Positions 38,463 to 48,054 of a stretch of 64,000 bases of DNA are shown piece by piece. The position numbers and the translations under genes were made by a program. The notes below the pieces were generated by a model. It worked only from the letters and a program-made list of their open reading frames with translations. It was not told the DNA's origin and made no database searches. Numbering within the stretch: position 1 is the stretch's first letter; each line of letters starts with the position of its first letter. This DNA comes from a virus, in the IMG/VR virus record IMGVR_UViG_3300020469_000020, positions 32,001 to 96,000 of that record, one strand, 5' to 3'.

Positions 38463-38894
38463 TTATAGAGTTGCGATTGCTGCTTCTACTTCTTCGAAGA
38501 TTTCTTTGCCGGCCGGAATGTAGGGATTGATACCATTGTTGAAGCAGATGTAATCCGCATTCTCAGGGCTCTCATCGTAGCCCTGTGCTTGGAGCATCCA
38601 ACGGATTGCGGTGGTTCGGTTGGCAGCACCTTGCCGAAGGAAGGTTGTGATTTCATCGTTGAAGAGAGTGATGCACTTGGCATCAATCATCTTCTCATGC
38701 TCAACAGCCTCATCAACTAGCGGTTGCAGGCGATCGATCTCTGCGAGAAGTTCTGTCTCGGTTTGGGAGTTGAACTGGGCGAGTGAGGGACGAAAGCCTG
38801 CAATTTCTTTGTTCATATCGCTGATGATTTGTAGAAGGTCATCTCGCTTGTTCATAGTCAGTCTCACTGAGGTTGCTGTTGCTGTCTCAATCAC
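38463..38894 (-). CDS. Early hypothetical protein
   Basis: Downstream of cassette; true start probably MNKRDD; GAANRTTAIRW. Confidence 0.65.
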   Translation of the reverse strand: MIETATATSVRLTMNKRDDLLQIISDMNKEIAGFRPSLAQFNSQTETELLAEIDRLQPLVDEAVEHEKMIDAKCITLFNDEITTFLRQGAANRTTAIRWMLQAQGYDESPENADYICFNNGINPYIPAGKEIFEEVEAAIATL

Positions 38895-38932
38895 TATGAT
38901 CAGATCTTAGCACATCTGAAGAAAAAGTCAAG
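38878..38932 (-). promoter_or_regulatory. Repeated sigma70 promoter cassette (TTGACT-N16-TAAGAT, extended -10)
   Basis: 55 bp identical to 39118-39172. Confidence 0.85.
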
Positions 38933-38939
38933 CACTTTT

Positions 38940-39134
38940 TTAAATATTTTTTGGCTTGAAGGTCACTTCTGAGAATCGTCCTGTGCTTTCCCATAAAGCT
39001 GAGATATTTCTTGCTGCAACGATTCCTTTGACTTCTGTCACATCAAGCAATTGTCTGTTTGCGTAGCCGTAGATTGTGAACTTCTTGTTTCTTGCTGTCA
39101 TGCTGAATCTCGTTGGAGTTGCTGTCTCAATCAC
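38940..39134 (-). CDS. Small early hypothetical protein
   Basis: Between two identical cassettes; likely start MTARNK. Confidence 0.55.
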   Translation of the reverse strand: MIETATPTRFSMTARNKKFTIYGYANRQLLDVTEVKGIVAARNISALWESTGRFSEVTFKPKNI

Positions 39135-39172
39135 TATGATCAGATCTTAGCACATCTGAAGAAAAAGTCAAG
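39118..39172 (-). promoter_or_regulatory. Repeated sigma70 promoter cassette
   Basis: Identical to 38878-38932. Confidence 0.85.
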
Positions 39173-39180
39173 GGATTTTT

Positions 39181-39420
39181 TTAATTTGTTCCTAAAGCAC
39201 TAAGTTCGTTCTCAAGTGCCTCAAGGTCATTTAAGTCATCACCACTCATTGCCATTCTTTCAAGAATTTTTTCAACTTTATCTTGATCAACATTTGTGTG
39301 TTTGTCAGCCAATTCAAAGGCTCTTTCTTCTACTTTCTTTTTCATTTCTGTTGTCAACGGCTTGTTTCCTTCGTTAACTATGCGGTGTACATCTTGAACA
39401 AGTTTTTTACTGATTTCCAT
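39181..39420 (-). CDS. Hypothetical protein
   Basis: 79 aa, AAGGA RBS. Confidence 0.6.
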   Translation of the reverse strand: MEISKKLVQDVHRIVNEGNKPLTTEMKKKVEERAFELADKHTNVDQDKVEKILERMAMSGDDLNDLEALENELSALGTN

Positions 39421-39457
39421 TAGTTTTTCCTTATAAGTGTAAATAAATAATTACACT

Positions 39458-39619
39458 TTATTTATCTATTTCTTTTAGTTTCCCAAGAAGCATCAAGACC
39501 ATTGTTTGAAACTGCTCGGATATTTCTTTCTCCTTGACCAACTTCTCTTGCATTTCTTCCATTGCGTCTTTCCATCCTGCGGTATAGACTTTATCGTAAT
39601 CAAAATTTTGCTTTGCCAT
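39458..39619 (-). CDS. Small hypothetical protein (53 aa)
   Basis: Manual: MAKQNFDYDKVYTAGWKDAMEE... Confidence 0.5.
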   Translation of the reverse strand: MAKQNFDYDKVYTAGWKDAMEEMQEKLVKEKEISEQFQTMVLMLLGKLKEIDK

Positions 39620-39646
39620 GATTAATCTCGGTTAGAGTAAAGTTTT

Positions 39647-39922
39647 TCAACAATCTGGATCAAAATCATGCCATTCTTGAAGTTCAGATGGTTGTCCATC
39701 ATCTTCATCATCATTTTCATCATGCCTATAACAATCTGCTTCCGTGGCAATGACAAGACCGTTTAAATTTTTGAAAAGATTATTTACTTCTTCATCGGCC
39801 CAATCATCTGCAAGATATCCTTTTAAAATACTCTGGGCTTCTTCAATCATTTCAAGGTCACCAGTATCTATTGCTCTTGTGACTAAGGGGAGGATTTCAT
39901 TGACTATTGATATGGGAAGCAT
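39647..39922 (-). CDS. Early hypothetical protein
   Basis: C-terminal DGQPSELQEWHDFDPDC motif seen in small phage proteins. Confidence 0.65.
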   Translation of the reverse strand: MLPISIVNEILPLVTRAIDTGDLEMIEEAQSILKGYLADDWADEEVNNLFKNLNGLVIATEADCYRHDENDDEDDGQPSELQEWHDFDPDC

Positions 39923-39940
39923 GAGGAATCTCTTTGGAGG

Positions 39941-39995
39941 GTTGCTGTCTCAATCACTATGATCAGATCTTACCATCTCTGACAGAAAAGTCAAG
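39941..39995 (-). promoter_or_regulatory. Repeated sigma70 promoter cassette
   Basis: gttgctgtctcaatcactatgatcagatctta...aaaagtcaag. Confidence 0.8.
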
Positions 39996-40026
39996 GGATA
40001 TTCCGAATAAATTCGGATTTCCCAAA

Positions 40027-40416
40027 TCAGCAAGAACCATAGTATTCTGAATTTATTTCATTTTTTCCAAAGAGGAATTTTTTTAGGTCATGCTCTTCAT
40101 TGGTATTATGATTATATACAATCCATTTACCATCTTCATATAGATAGCTATAATCTATATGCATAGAACCGTCATTTGAAAAGTAATCTTCTCTAACATC
40201 AACATAAACATCTTCACGATATGCGGTTAATGCAGTGCTTTCAATTGTATCTTTTAATGAAGATATACCACCTAAATCTAATAATTTATCTAATTCTTTT
40301 TCTCCATAATGATTTAATAGAGTTTGACCAACTCCTTCTGGATAGCCATCATAATGACAGTAAATTGAACGTACACTATTGTTAATCATTTTACCAATGT
40401 ATGACCGAGTTGACAT
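40027..40416 (-). CDS. Conserved phage protein (MSTRS..IYCHYDGYP family)
   Basis: MSTRSYIG..SIYCHYDGYPEGVG.TL..HY. Confidence 0.8.
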   Translation of the reverse strand: MSTRSYIGKMINNSVRSIYCHYDGYPEGVGQTLLNHYGEKELDKLLDLGGISSLKDTIESTALTAYREDVYVDVREDYFSNDGSMHIDYSYLYEDGKWIVYNHNTNEEHDLKKFLFGKNEINSEYYGSC

Positions 40417-40523
40417 ATAAACTCCTAATTAAATAAGTGCGGCTTCTATAAAAGGAAACGTAATTAAAAAAACAGAAATACTAAAAATCCACAAACCAAG
40501 ATTTTTTAAATCATTTCTCATAT

Positions 40524-40832
40524 TTACCTTTTCTCAATATAAACAGCAACATATGCCGCTTTGTCTAAAGGAATAGAACACCGATACTCACGATTGTAAC
40601 TTTCATGCATTTTTCTTGGACCTCTACCTCTTCTACGAACATGATATCTTCCAGGATTAATGCTTTTAATTTCTTCAACAAGCTCATGAATATCTTCTAG
40701 TTCATCCCAAGAATGACGTTCATCAACTTTAACTGATCGGTTATCGTGTAGATAATAATTAACTAGGTGGGAAACAAAAGATGCAGAAGATTTTTCTTTC
40801 ATATTGTCTCTATTGGGTAAGAAATCAATCAC
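40524..40832 (-). CDS. Hypothetical protein
   Basis: RRRGRGPR..A.YVAVY; follows promoter. Confidence 0.6.
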   Translation of the reverse strand: MIDFLPNRDNMKEKSSASFVSHLVNYYLHDNRSVKVDERHSWDELEDIHELVEEIKSINPGRYHVRRRGRGPRKMHESYNREYRCSIPLDKAAYVAVYIEKR

Positions 40833-40877
40833 TCATTCAATAAGATCAGTATATCAGATAGGAAGGAAATGTCAAGG
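40826..40877 (-). promoter_or_regulatory. Sigma70 promoter (TTGACA...TATACT), degenerate cassette copy
   Basis: gatcagtata...tgtcaag on + strand. Confidence 0.7.
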
Positions 40878-40883
40878 GGAAAA

Positions 40884-40906
40884 TGCCCCATTTTTTCTAT
40901 GGGGCA
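40884..40906 (-). terminator. Intrinsic terminator hairpin
   Basis: tgccccat-N7-atggggca. Confidence 0.65.
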
Positions 40907-40912
40907 GGAATT

Positions 40913-41215
40913 TTAGAAATTGACTACATACTGAGGAGTATCATAACCACTTTGGAGGAGGTCAACTACAGCAGACAAATACATAGTTTGATCTTCTGCA
41001 TTATTTGTAGTTCCAAACCCAATTGAACTTGGGGTAACAGAAGCCGAGCTTCCTTTCACATAACCAGACTGATTCAAGGCATCATCAATGTAGTAATAAA
41101 CTTCATCGGCATCATCTGGCTGCAAATCATTAACATCAATAACAGCATCACCCGTTTGTTCCCGCATATTATTCATTTGACTAACTACGGTAGTAAGTGA
41201 AGTTGACATAGCCAT
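40913..41215 (-). CDS. Acidic hypothetical protein
   Basis: 100 aa, AGGAG RBS. Confidence 0.6.
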   Translation of the reverse strand: MAMSTSLTTVVSQMNNMREQTGDAVIDVNDLQPDDADEVYYYIDDALNQSGYVKGSSASVTPSSIGFGTTNNAEDQTMYLSAVVDLLQSGYDTPQYVVNF

Positions 41216-41226
41216 AAATTTCTCCT

Positions 41227-41703
41227 TTATTTAAAAGAAAGTAGATTTTTGATTTCAACAAACCATCTTGTAAAATCAAACCAATCTTCCGAAGGAAGAA
41301 CTTGAAGAAGAACGAATACACGATGCAAACCAGATACTCTCTCTTCTTCACCAAAAGAATCTTTAATCACAATTTCACCAAAATCATTTGAAGACTTTAT
41401 TGTAGAAAATTCTTCAGAAGTGACTTTTCCATTATATGCTTTTTCAATATAAGTTGTTTCAATCTCGGTATTTTGCATAACATTAATCTTATTTAAACCA
41501 TCAAGAAATGCTGATTGAAACGCATCATATTTATTTTCAAACCATTCGCTTTCCCCAATCACAAATGTATCATTATCTATACTGTACACTAATCTTTCAG
41601 TCCATGATGGATTAGCATACACGGGAAAAGCTATGGTTGTTGATAAAAAATTAAAGGTCATCAACAGAGGCAACACTACCTTGCGGTTGATTAGATTTTT
41701 CAT
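41227..41703 (-). CDS. Exported protein, LPP20-like
   Basis: Signal peptide; PSW...FVIG.S...A...A pattern. Confidence 0.55.
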   Translation of the reverse strand: MKNLINRKVVLPLLMTFNFLSTTIAFPVYANPSWTERLVYSIDNDTFVIGESEWFENKYDAFQSAFLDGLNKINVMQNTEIETTYIEKAYNGKVTSEEFSTIKSSNDFGEIVIKDSFGEEERVSGLHRVFVLLQVLPSEDWFDFTRWFVEIKNLLSFK

Positions 41704-42250
41704 AAGAATTTTTAACCATCTTTGCTGCTGTTTTCATTGATTTTTTAGAAACACGGACTACAGCAAAAGCCGTATATCCGATTACTTCTTCATCATCAAT
41801 GTTTACTTCAACATAGGATTCATGAGGAGCAATTGTAGAAATAATAGAATTGCTCACGGTTTTAGAAACTTCTTTTGAAGCGGTGCTTTGCTTGATAGTG
41901 TTTGTGCTAGTGCTATTAGCAACAAGCATTTCAGAAAATTCAACATTCAATTGTTGAGTTACATACTCACTCAAACGGAATGACGCATCACGGTAAGCAT
42001 GTTTTTTTGCTTCACGTTCTGTATCATAAACCATTGACTGACCAACCTGAAAGATATAGTCATCTTCTTCCCAAAGACCTTTGTTTGCCCAATCTGGTCG
42101 GTTTTCTTTTAGTTCTTGTTGATAAGCAAGTTGCTCTAATGGATTGCTTGGATCATTAGGCAAAGCAATACTACCTGAACATGATGCAACAGAAAGAGCA
42201 ACAGCAGTAAGAGCAATCATGAATAGACTTCTCATTTCATACCTCATCAT
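41651..42250 (-). CDS. Lipoprotein, LPP20-like
   Basis: Lipobox VASC; RPDW...VG.S....AKK.A..DA...LSE. Confidence 0.65.
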   Translation of the reverse strand: MMRYEMRSLFMIALTAVALSVASCSGSIALPNDPSNPLEQLAYQQELKENRPDWANKGLWEEDDYIFQVGQSMVYDTEREAKKHAYRDASFRLSEYVTQQLNVEFSEMLVANSTSTNTIKQSTASKEVSKTVSNSIISTIAPHESYVEVNIDDEEVIGYTAFAVVRVSKKSMKTAAKMVKNSYEKSNQPQGSVASVDDL

Positions 42251-42296
42251 TGAGTTGAAGAATCTGACAAGACACTCTTGTCAACTAATATAATAA

Positions 42297-42328
42297 TAGT
42301 ATAGCAGAAACAAAATCAAAAGTCAAGT
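42297..42328 (-). promoter_or_regulatory. Sigma70 promoter TTGACT...TATACT
   Basis: agtatagc...agtcaag on + strand; a similar site lies at 42467-42495. Confidence 0.7.
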
Positions 42329-42441
42329 TTTTTATTTTTTCTACGGTCTTTTTTTGAATATTTCTTGGAATTTTCTTTTTTCTCAGCATACCTTGAGCGC
42401 ATGAGAAGAGCATAATTTTTTCCAAGTCTGACTTTCTTCAC
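42316..42441 (-). CDS. Small basic protein (41 aa)
   Basis: GTG start with GGAGGA RBS behind own promoter; MKKVRLGKNYALLMRSRYAEKKENSKKYSKKDRRKNKKLDF. Confidence 0.5.
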   Translation of the reverse strand: MKKVRLGKNYALLMRSRYAEKKENSKKYSKKDRRKNKKLDF

Positions 42442-42585
42442 AGTTCCTCCTTAATTGTTAAATACCAGTATAGCAGAATTTTTGAAAAAGTCAAGGTTTT
42501 TTTTATATAAATATAAAAAAGAATTACTTATCTCTTAGATAAGGTATATTACCAATCGGAAAATCAATTAAAAAATAAAGGTTTC

Positions 42586-42894
42586 ATGGATTTAAGAAAG
42601 ATGTCAGAAGTGGTTAACAAAATTGTAAATCCTGTTGAGGAAAACAATGAAGAAGAAATCAATCAAAAGATTGATGATATTGTTAGCGAAGCCGTAGCAC
42701 CAGATATGAAAGAAGTAATGAAAAAACTCACTAAAGCCGTAGAGTCTGGAGAAGAAGGTATGGCTAAAGACTTGAGAAAAATGGCTGATGAAATGTCAGA
42801 TGAAGATATGAAAAAAGCATTGCACGGTCTAATGGATGCTTGCAAACTTCCGATGGCTGATAAAGAAGAAGAAATGCCAGCAGAAGAAAAATAA
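42586..42894 (+). CDS. Acidic late hypothetical protein
   Basis: TATAAATA at 42506-42513 upstream. Confidence 0.65.
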   Translation: MDLRKMSEVVNKIVNPVEENNEEEINQKIDDIVSEAVAPDMKEVMKKLTKAVESGEEGMAKDLRKMADEMSDEDMKKALHGLMDACKLPMADKEEEMPAEEK

Positions 42895-42899
42895 TTTTT

Positions 42900-43277
42900 T
42901 TAGGCTTTATTTGGCATAGTGAATAAAGCCTTTACATTATTCTCTGTAGGTTTTCTTGCAAAGACACACCATTGCAAAACTTCTTCATTTGGAAAGTTAT
43001 TGGCATAATCTCTAAAACTTTTTCCTGTAGTATAAACATCATCTGCAATTAAAACAGGATCATTTGGATCTTTGGTACTGTATCTGTCTAGTGCTACACC
43101 CAAAGAAACTCCTCCTCTTGGTATACCTATAGCAAATCTCCAATTTCTTGGCTCATACTCCCTAATAATTTTAGCTAGTGTTTCCCATTCCTCTTTTTTG
43201 ATTGCATCACATTCAATTTTCCATTTGAGAGGAAGTCCTGCGTGACTAATAAAATCACCATCTTGAAATAAATTCAT
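42900..43277 (-). CDS. Short type I phosphoribosyltransferase (PyrE-like)
   Basis: GDFISHAG..L.WKIECDA, GIPRGG, PRPP loop LIADDVYTTGKS. Confidence 0.8.
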   Translation of the reverse strand: MNLFQDGDFISHAGLPLKWKIECDAIKKEEWETLAKIIREYEPRNWRFAIGIPRGGVSLGVALDRYSTKDPNDPVLIADDVYTTGKSFRDYANNFPNEEVLQWCVFARKPTENNVKALFTMPNKA

Positions 43278-43286
43278 AATTACTCT

Positions 43287-43601
43287 CTATTGGTATTCAT
43301 AAGTTTCTTGTGAATGTCTGAGTAGATTGCTTATTCTGTAATTCATCTCTAGAAATTTCATTCTACACTGAAAAAACAATCCACAAAATAAAACACAATT
43401 ACTTTGATTATACTGGTCTTCTTTATCAATCTGCATACATGCAAATTGCAACTCGGAGTGATTGTATTCAGCTACAATATCTCTAACCATTGCTTGCATT
43501 TCTACAGAATCTGGCCGAGGAACCGGAGTTTCTGCTGTTTCTCCGAATAATGGAATAGCAATTACACTTGCGAATAATAATATTAATAATAATTTTTTCA
43601 T
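43287..43601 (-). CDS. Exported Cys-containing hypothetical protein
   Basis: Signal peptide MKKLLLILLFA. Confidence 0.55.
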   Translation of the reverse strand: MKKLLLILLFASVIAIPLFGETAETPVPRPDSVEMQAMVRDIVAEYNHSELQFACMQIDKEDQYNQSNCVLFCGLFFQCRMKFLEMNYRISNLLRHSQETYEYQ

Positions 43602-43602
43602 G

Positions 43603-44658
43603 TTACATTATGTATATTTTTCCCTTTGCTGCTTCAAACATGTCTTCAACATTTTTTATACCATTTGAAATCATCAGTTTCATATAGTCTTCTGCTTGTT
43701 GCGCAACATAATCATCAGACAACGCAAGGCTATAGTTTAAAAATTTTATCTTCCTTGGTAAATTATCTACAAAATTAAAAGGAAGTTTTCTTGGTTCATC
43801 TTCTTCATCCCAAACATTTTTACTATTTTCAGCATACCATACAAATGCTACAAATAAGTCATACAAAAATTCATAATATCTCTCTAATTTTACAACTGCT
43901 TTTGTTCTTTTGGATTCACCTTTTGCATGTTGCATAGTTTTTCTTGCTGAATTAAAATTTCCAAATAATTTAAAAAATTCATACAATCCTTCATTTGGAA
44001 ACTTATCTTTCATAATATTTCTCAGACTATTATAATATTTGTTCTGTACTGCTGCAAATTGATTTTCATTTAAATTATCATAGACATCTTCATCTAAACT
44101 ATAATTATCTCTCATAAAATTAAATATTTCTGGCTGAATAGCTTCTGTAAATTTATCAGTGAAAACTCTACCAAATCTAGTTGAACCTCTATTTAAAGCG
44201 TGACCCATTCTATGCAAAATAATCCAAGGAGTCAATCCTACTTTTGAATCTCCGATATTTGTAGTATATACAATAGAAATAGATTTTTTAGCTTTTTCTG
44301 TTAACTTATTATTTTCTCCAATTAAATCTTTACTTTGAAGATATTCGGTCATCTTTTTATTATAATCTTCTTTAAAAGAATATTCTATAAATTCTCCAGT
44401 TTCATGAAACTTTCTACTTCCTTGAAAATCAGCAAAGTAGATGCGAAAATCTTCTTTAAATATTTTTAAAACTTTTTCTAATTTATCTTTTGTTTTAGAA
44501 TTTTTTACTAGCTTACGATCTATTTTACTAAAAGAAGATAGTGTTTCGCCTTTTTTATTAACTGCTGATTTTCCAGATTTGGTTTTTCTCTCTCCTACAT
44601 CACTATCATCATAGTCTGCAAGAGGTGCTTCTGTTAAAAATTGTTGAAATGATTTCAT
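43603..44658 (-). CDS. Hypothetical protein, putative internal head protein
   Basis: MKSFQQFLTEA leader; TPWIILHRMGHA. Confidence 0.6.
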   Translation of the reverse strand: MKSFQQFLTEAPLADYDDSDVGERKTKSGKSAVNKKGETLSSFSKIDRKLVKNSKTKDKLEKVLKIFKEDFRIYFADFQGSRKFHETGEFIEYSFKEDYNKKMTEYLQSKDLIGENNKLTEKAKKSISIVYTTNIGDSKVGLTPWIILHRMGHALNRGSTRFGRVFTDKFTEAIQPEIFNFMRDNYSLDEDVYDNLNENQFAAVQNKYYNSLRNIMKDKFPNEGLYEFFKLFGNFNSARKTMQHAKGESKRTKAVVKLERYYEFLYDLFVAFVWYAENSKNVWDEEDEPRKLPFNFVDNLPRKIKFLNYSLALSDDYVAQQAEDYMKLMISNGIKNVEDMFEAAKGKIYIM

Positions 44659-44699
44659 TGTTAACTTAGAATATAATTAAAAAGAATTGTTTTAATTAT

Positions 44700-45839
44700 T
44701 TATCTTTCTATAATTTTTATTTTATTTGCTGCACGTTTGGCAATATCAACATTCTTAGCTAAAACAACTGCCATTCTACGATTTTTTCTTGTAGTTGGCT
44801 TTCCAAAGATTCGCACATCATCTGCAATTTCAAGAGATTCTTTTATGCCGGTTATATCAAAATTATTACTTTCTTTGTTAGCTAATACAACATGACTAGC
44901 ACCTTCTCTAAGAAATTCAATATTTGGAATTGGTAAACCTAGTAATGCTCTAGCGTGTAAATCAAATTCACTTAAATTTTGAGTATATAACGTAACCATT
45001 CCAGTATCATGTGGTCTTGGACTTAACTCACTAAAAATTACATCTTCACCCTTAACAAAAAATTCAACACCAAATAATCCAGCACCACCTAAATCATCAG
45101 TAATGATTTTAGCCATTTCTTTTGCTTTATCTAAACTTTGATCTTTCATTGGTTGTGGTTGCCAACTATATTGATAATCTCCGCTTTTTTGAACATGTCC
45201 AATAGGATTACAGAATAGCGTAGGCCAATCATTTTGTTGTTTAATTGTTAATAGTGTAATTTCATAATCAAAATTAACAAACTCTTCTACAATAACTTTT
45301 TTACGGTCTCCTCTCATACCTTCTATTGCATAATTCCATGCCATTACAATACCTAAACTATTCATGCAAGAACTTTGTCCTTTACCACTTGAACTCATAA
45401 CAGGTTTGACAATAACTGGATATCCAATATTTTTAGCAGCCTTTTTTAATTCTTCTAAACTTTCTGCATATTCAAATTTAGCTGTTCTTAAACCTATTTC
45501 TTTTGCTCTGTCACGTATTCTATCTCTGTTCATAGTAAGATCTACAGCGTTTCCACTAGGAGTAACTTTTATTCCTTTTTCTTCAATATCAAGTAAAACT
45601 GATGTACGAATAGCTTCTACTTCGGGAACAATAATATCTGGTTTTACATCTTCAATAATATATTTTAACAATTCTCCATTTAACATGTCTAAATGAACTC
45701 TTTCATCTGCAACCTGCATCGCTGGAGCTTCTGAATAATTATCACAAACAGTCACACGATGACCTAATCTTTTTAAACTTATTGTTAATTCTTTACCTAG
45801 TTCTCCACCACCAAGTAATAATATTTTTTTATAATTCAA
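44700..45839 (-). CDS. purT: Formate-dependent GAR transformylase
   Basis: [47 protein letters not shown]; likely TTG start at 45839. Confidence 0.95.
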   Translation of the reverse strand: MNYKKILLLGGGELGKELTISLKRLGHRVTVCDNYSEAPAMQVADERVHLDMLNGELLKYIIEDVKPDIIVPEVEAIRTSVLLDIEEKGIKVTPSGNAVDLTMNRDRIRDRAKEIGLRTAKFEYAESLEELKKAAKNIGYPVIVKPVMSSSGKGQSSCMNSLGIVMAWNYAIEGMRGDRKKVIVEEFVNFDYEITLLTIKQQNDWPTLFCNPIGHVQKSGDYQYSWQPQPMKDQSLDKAKEMAKIITDDLGGAGLFGVEFFVKGEDVIFSELSPRPHDTGMVTLYTQNLSEFDLHARALLGLPIPNIEFLREGASHVVLANKESNNFDITGIKESLEIADDVRIFGKPTTRKNRRMAVVLAKNVDIAKRAANKIKIIER

Positions 45840-47097
45840 CTGTCTCTTCTCTTTTAGGCCCTGTTGATAATGTTCCAACTTTGCATTGTGTATACCACTC
45901 AATTTGTTCTATGTAGTATTTCATTTGGTCTGGAACGTCTTTGTAATTGGTAATTCCCCTTGTTCTTTTTTTCCAACCTGGTATAACGTGATAAAAGGGT
46001 TTAACATCTGATAAATTGTCAATGGGAAATTCTTCACATGGACCTCCGTCTATCCAATTATAACCGGAACATATTTTAATTTCTTCAAAATTATCTAAAA
46101 CATCTAATTTCATTAATGCCAATTCTGTAATGCCATTTAATTCAACAGCACGTTTAACTAGCACAGCATCAAACCATCCGCACCTTCTTGGTCTTCCAGT
46201 AGTTGCTCCATACTCATCTCCCATCTGTCTTAGATATTCACCTTTTTCACTTGTAATTTCAGTTGGAAAAGGACCACTTCCTACTCTAGTTGTATATGCT
46301 TTTGTTATTCCAATTACACGATTAATTTTAGTTGGTCCTATTCCACTACCTGTACATGCAGCACCCGCTAATGTATTTGAACTGGTTACGTAAGGATATG
46401 TCCCATGATCTACATCTAAAAAAGTTCCTTGTGCTCCCTCAAATAAAATATTTTTATTTTTATTAATTGTATTATTAATTACACTTGAACAATCTATTAA
46501 GAAAGATTTGATTTCTTTATAATAACTATGATACTTTTCAACCATTTTATCAATATCAAAGTCAGACTTTTTACCTGTATAGTAAACAACATCAGCATTT
46601 TTCTTTGGTAGTATACATTCTAATTTAGACCTTAAAATATCAGTACTTTTTAAATCACAAATTCTTAATCCAGTTCTTGCAACTTTGTCTTCATATACAG
46701 GACCAATACCTTTACAAGTTGTACCTATTTTTGTAGAATGGTTTTTTTCCTTTTCACTATCAAACAGTAAATGATAGTCAAGTATTACGTGTGCCTGTGA
46801 GCTAATTCTTAATTTATTAAATACATCATATCCAGCAGATTCTAGATCTTTTATTTCTTTCATTAAACTTGATAGTTCAATGACTGTTCCGTTTCCTAAA
46901 ATACATTCTTTACCTTGTAAAATACCACTTGGAACTAGATGTAGAACAACTTTTTTGTCTTCATACATAACAGTGTGACCTGCATTATTTCCACCTTGAT
47001 ATCTTACAACTAAATCAGATTCTTGAGTTAATAAATCAACAATCTTACCTTTACCTTCATCACCCCACTGAGTTCCAACAACAACTGTGCATGACAT
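45829..47097 (-). CDS. purA: Adenylosuccinate synthetase
   Basis: [47 protein letters not shown]. Confidence 0.97.
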   Translation of the reverse strand: MSCTVVVGTQWGDEGKGKIVDLLTQESDLVVRYQGGNNAGHTVMYEDKKVVLHLVPSGILQGKECILGNGTVIELSSLMKEIKDLESAGYDVFNKLRISSQAHVILDYHLLFDSEKEKNHSTKIGTTCKGIGPVYEDKVARTGLRICDLKSTDILRSKLECILPKKNADVVYYTGKKSDFDIDKMVEKYHSYYKEIKSFLIDCSSVINNTINKNKNILFEGAQGTFLDVDHGTYPYVTSSNTLAGAACTGSGIGPTKINRVIGITKAYTTRVGSGPFPTEITSEKGEYLRQMGDEYGATTGRPRRCGWFDAVLVKRAVELNGITELALMKLDVLDNFEEIKICSGYNWIDGGPCEEFPIDNLSDVKPFYHVIPGWKKRTRGITNYKDVPDQMKYYIEQIEWYTQCKVGTLSTGPKREETVEL

Positions 47098-47105
47098 AAT
47101 AACCT

Positions 47106-47420
47106 TTATGTAATTTTATATCCGTATGTTTTAACAAATATGTCAAATGGTTTTATATTTTTATATTTTTCTTGATATAAAAGATGAAAAGCTGAACTAA
47201 TTATTTTTGGAGGATATTTACGAATTGAAAAACCAGAACCTTCACTACCTAAAGATTTTTCAATTAAGTCTTTATAGATACAATCTACACTACTATCTAT
47301 CATACTTTTTAAATCTACACATATCTTATCATATTCATAATCTTCTATAATAGATTCATCTAATTTATAATATAGAAAACTATGAACCAAAAACTGACGT
47401 ATTTTTCTATCAAGTTCCAT
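47106..47420 (-). CDS. Stand-alone protein resembling NAD-dependent DNA ligase domain Ia
   Basis: [19 protein letters not shown] ~ H...YY..D.P.I.D.EYD. Confidence 0.7.
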   Translation of the reverse strand: MELDRKIRQFLVHSFLYYKLDESIIEDYEYDKICVDLKSMIDSSVDCIYKDLIEKSLGSEGSGFSIRKYPPKIISSAFHLLYQEKYKNIKPFDIFVKTYGYKIT

Positions 47421-48054
47421 TGTTTTTTAATTCCCTAATAATATTAACATAATTATTATGTTTGAAAACACTACTTCCAACAACAGCAACATCAGCGCCA
47501 GCTTTAGAAATTTCTTTTATATTAATTAAATTGATGCCCCCATCTACAACTATTTTTATATCTTTATCTCCTATAATCTCTCTTACATTTTTAATTTTTT
47601 TTACTTGATCTGATATAAAAGCTTGACCTCCGAAACCGGGATTCACAGTCATAATTAAAACAATATCAATATCATTAATAACGTATTTTAAAACACTTTC
47701 ATTTGTACCAGGATTTAAACTAACACCAGCTTTTCTTCCAAAATTTTTGATACTTTGAATACCTTTATGTAAATGATTACCTGCTTCTGCATGAATTGTA
47801 ATATGATTAGCACCTGCTTCTACAAAAGATTCTATGTAATTTTCATATGGTTCAATCATTAGATGAACATCAAAAGGTTTAATAGTAAAACTTCTTATTG
47901 ATTTCATAACATCAGGACCAAAGGATATATTTGGTACATAATGCCCATCCATAATATCTACATGAATCCAATCGGCACCTGCTTCATCTACATCTTTTAC
48001 TTCTTGTCCTAATTTACTAAAATCTGCTGCTAAAATACTTGGCGCAATTAACAT
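47410..48054 (-). CDS. rpe: Ribulose-phosphate 3-epimerase
   Basis: [43 protein letters not shown]. Confidence 0.97.
   Translation of the reverse strand: MLIAPSILAADFSKLGQEVKDVDEAGADWIHVDIMDGHYVPNISFGPDVMKSIRSFTIKPFDVHLMIEPYENYIESFVEAGANHITIHAEAGNHLHKGIQSIKNFGRKAGVSLNPGTNESVLKYVINDIDIVLIMTVNPGFGGQAFISDQVKKIKNVREIIGDKDIKIVVDGGINLINIKEISKAGADVAVVGSSVFKHNNYVNIIRELKNNGT

Noticed and set aside
38398-40877. CRISPR-like array
   Set aside because: Repeats are ~55 bp, contain -35/-10 boxes, and are separated by 185 to ~830 bp of coding sequence.
45829-47097. PurZ / 2-aminoadenine (Z) genome system, suggested by a purA-like gene plus a MazG-like gene
   Set aside because: The protein has canonical PurA GDEGKG (Asp), not the PurZ GSTGKG, and lies among ordinary de novo purine genes.
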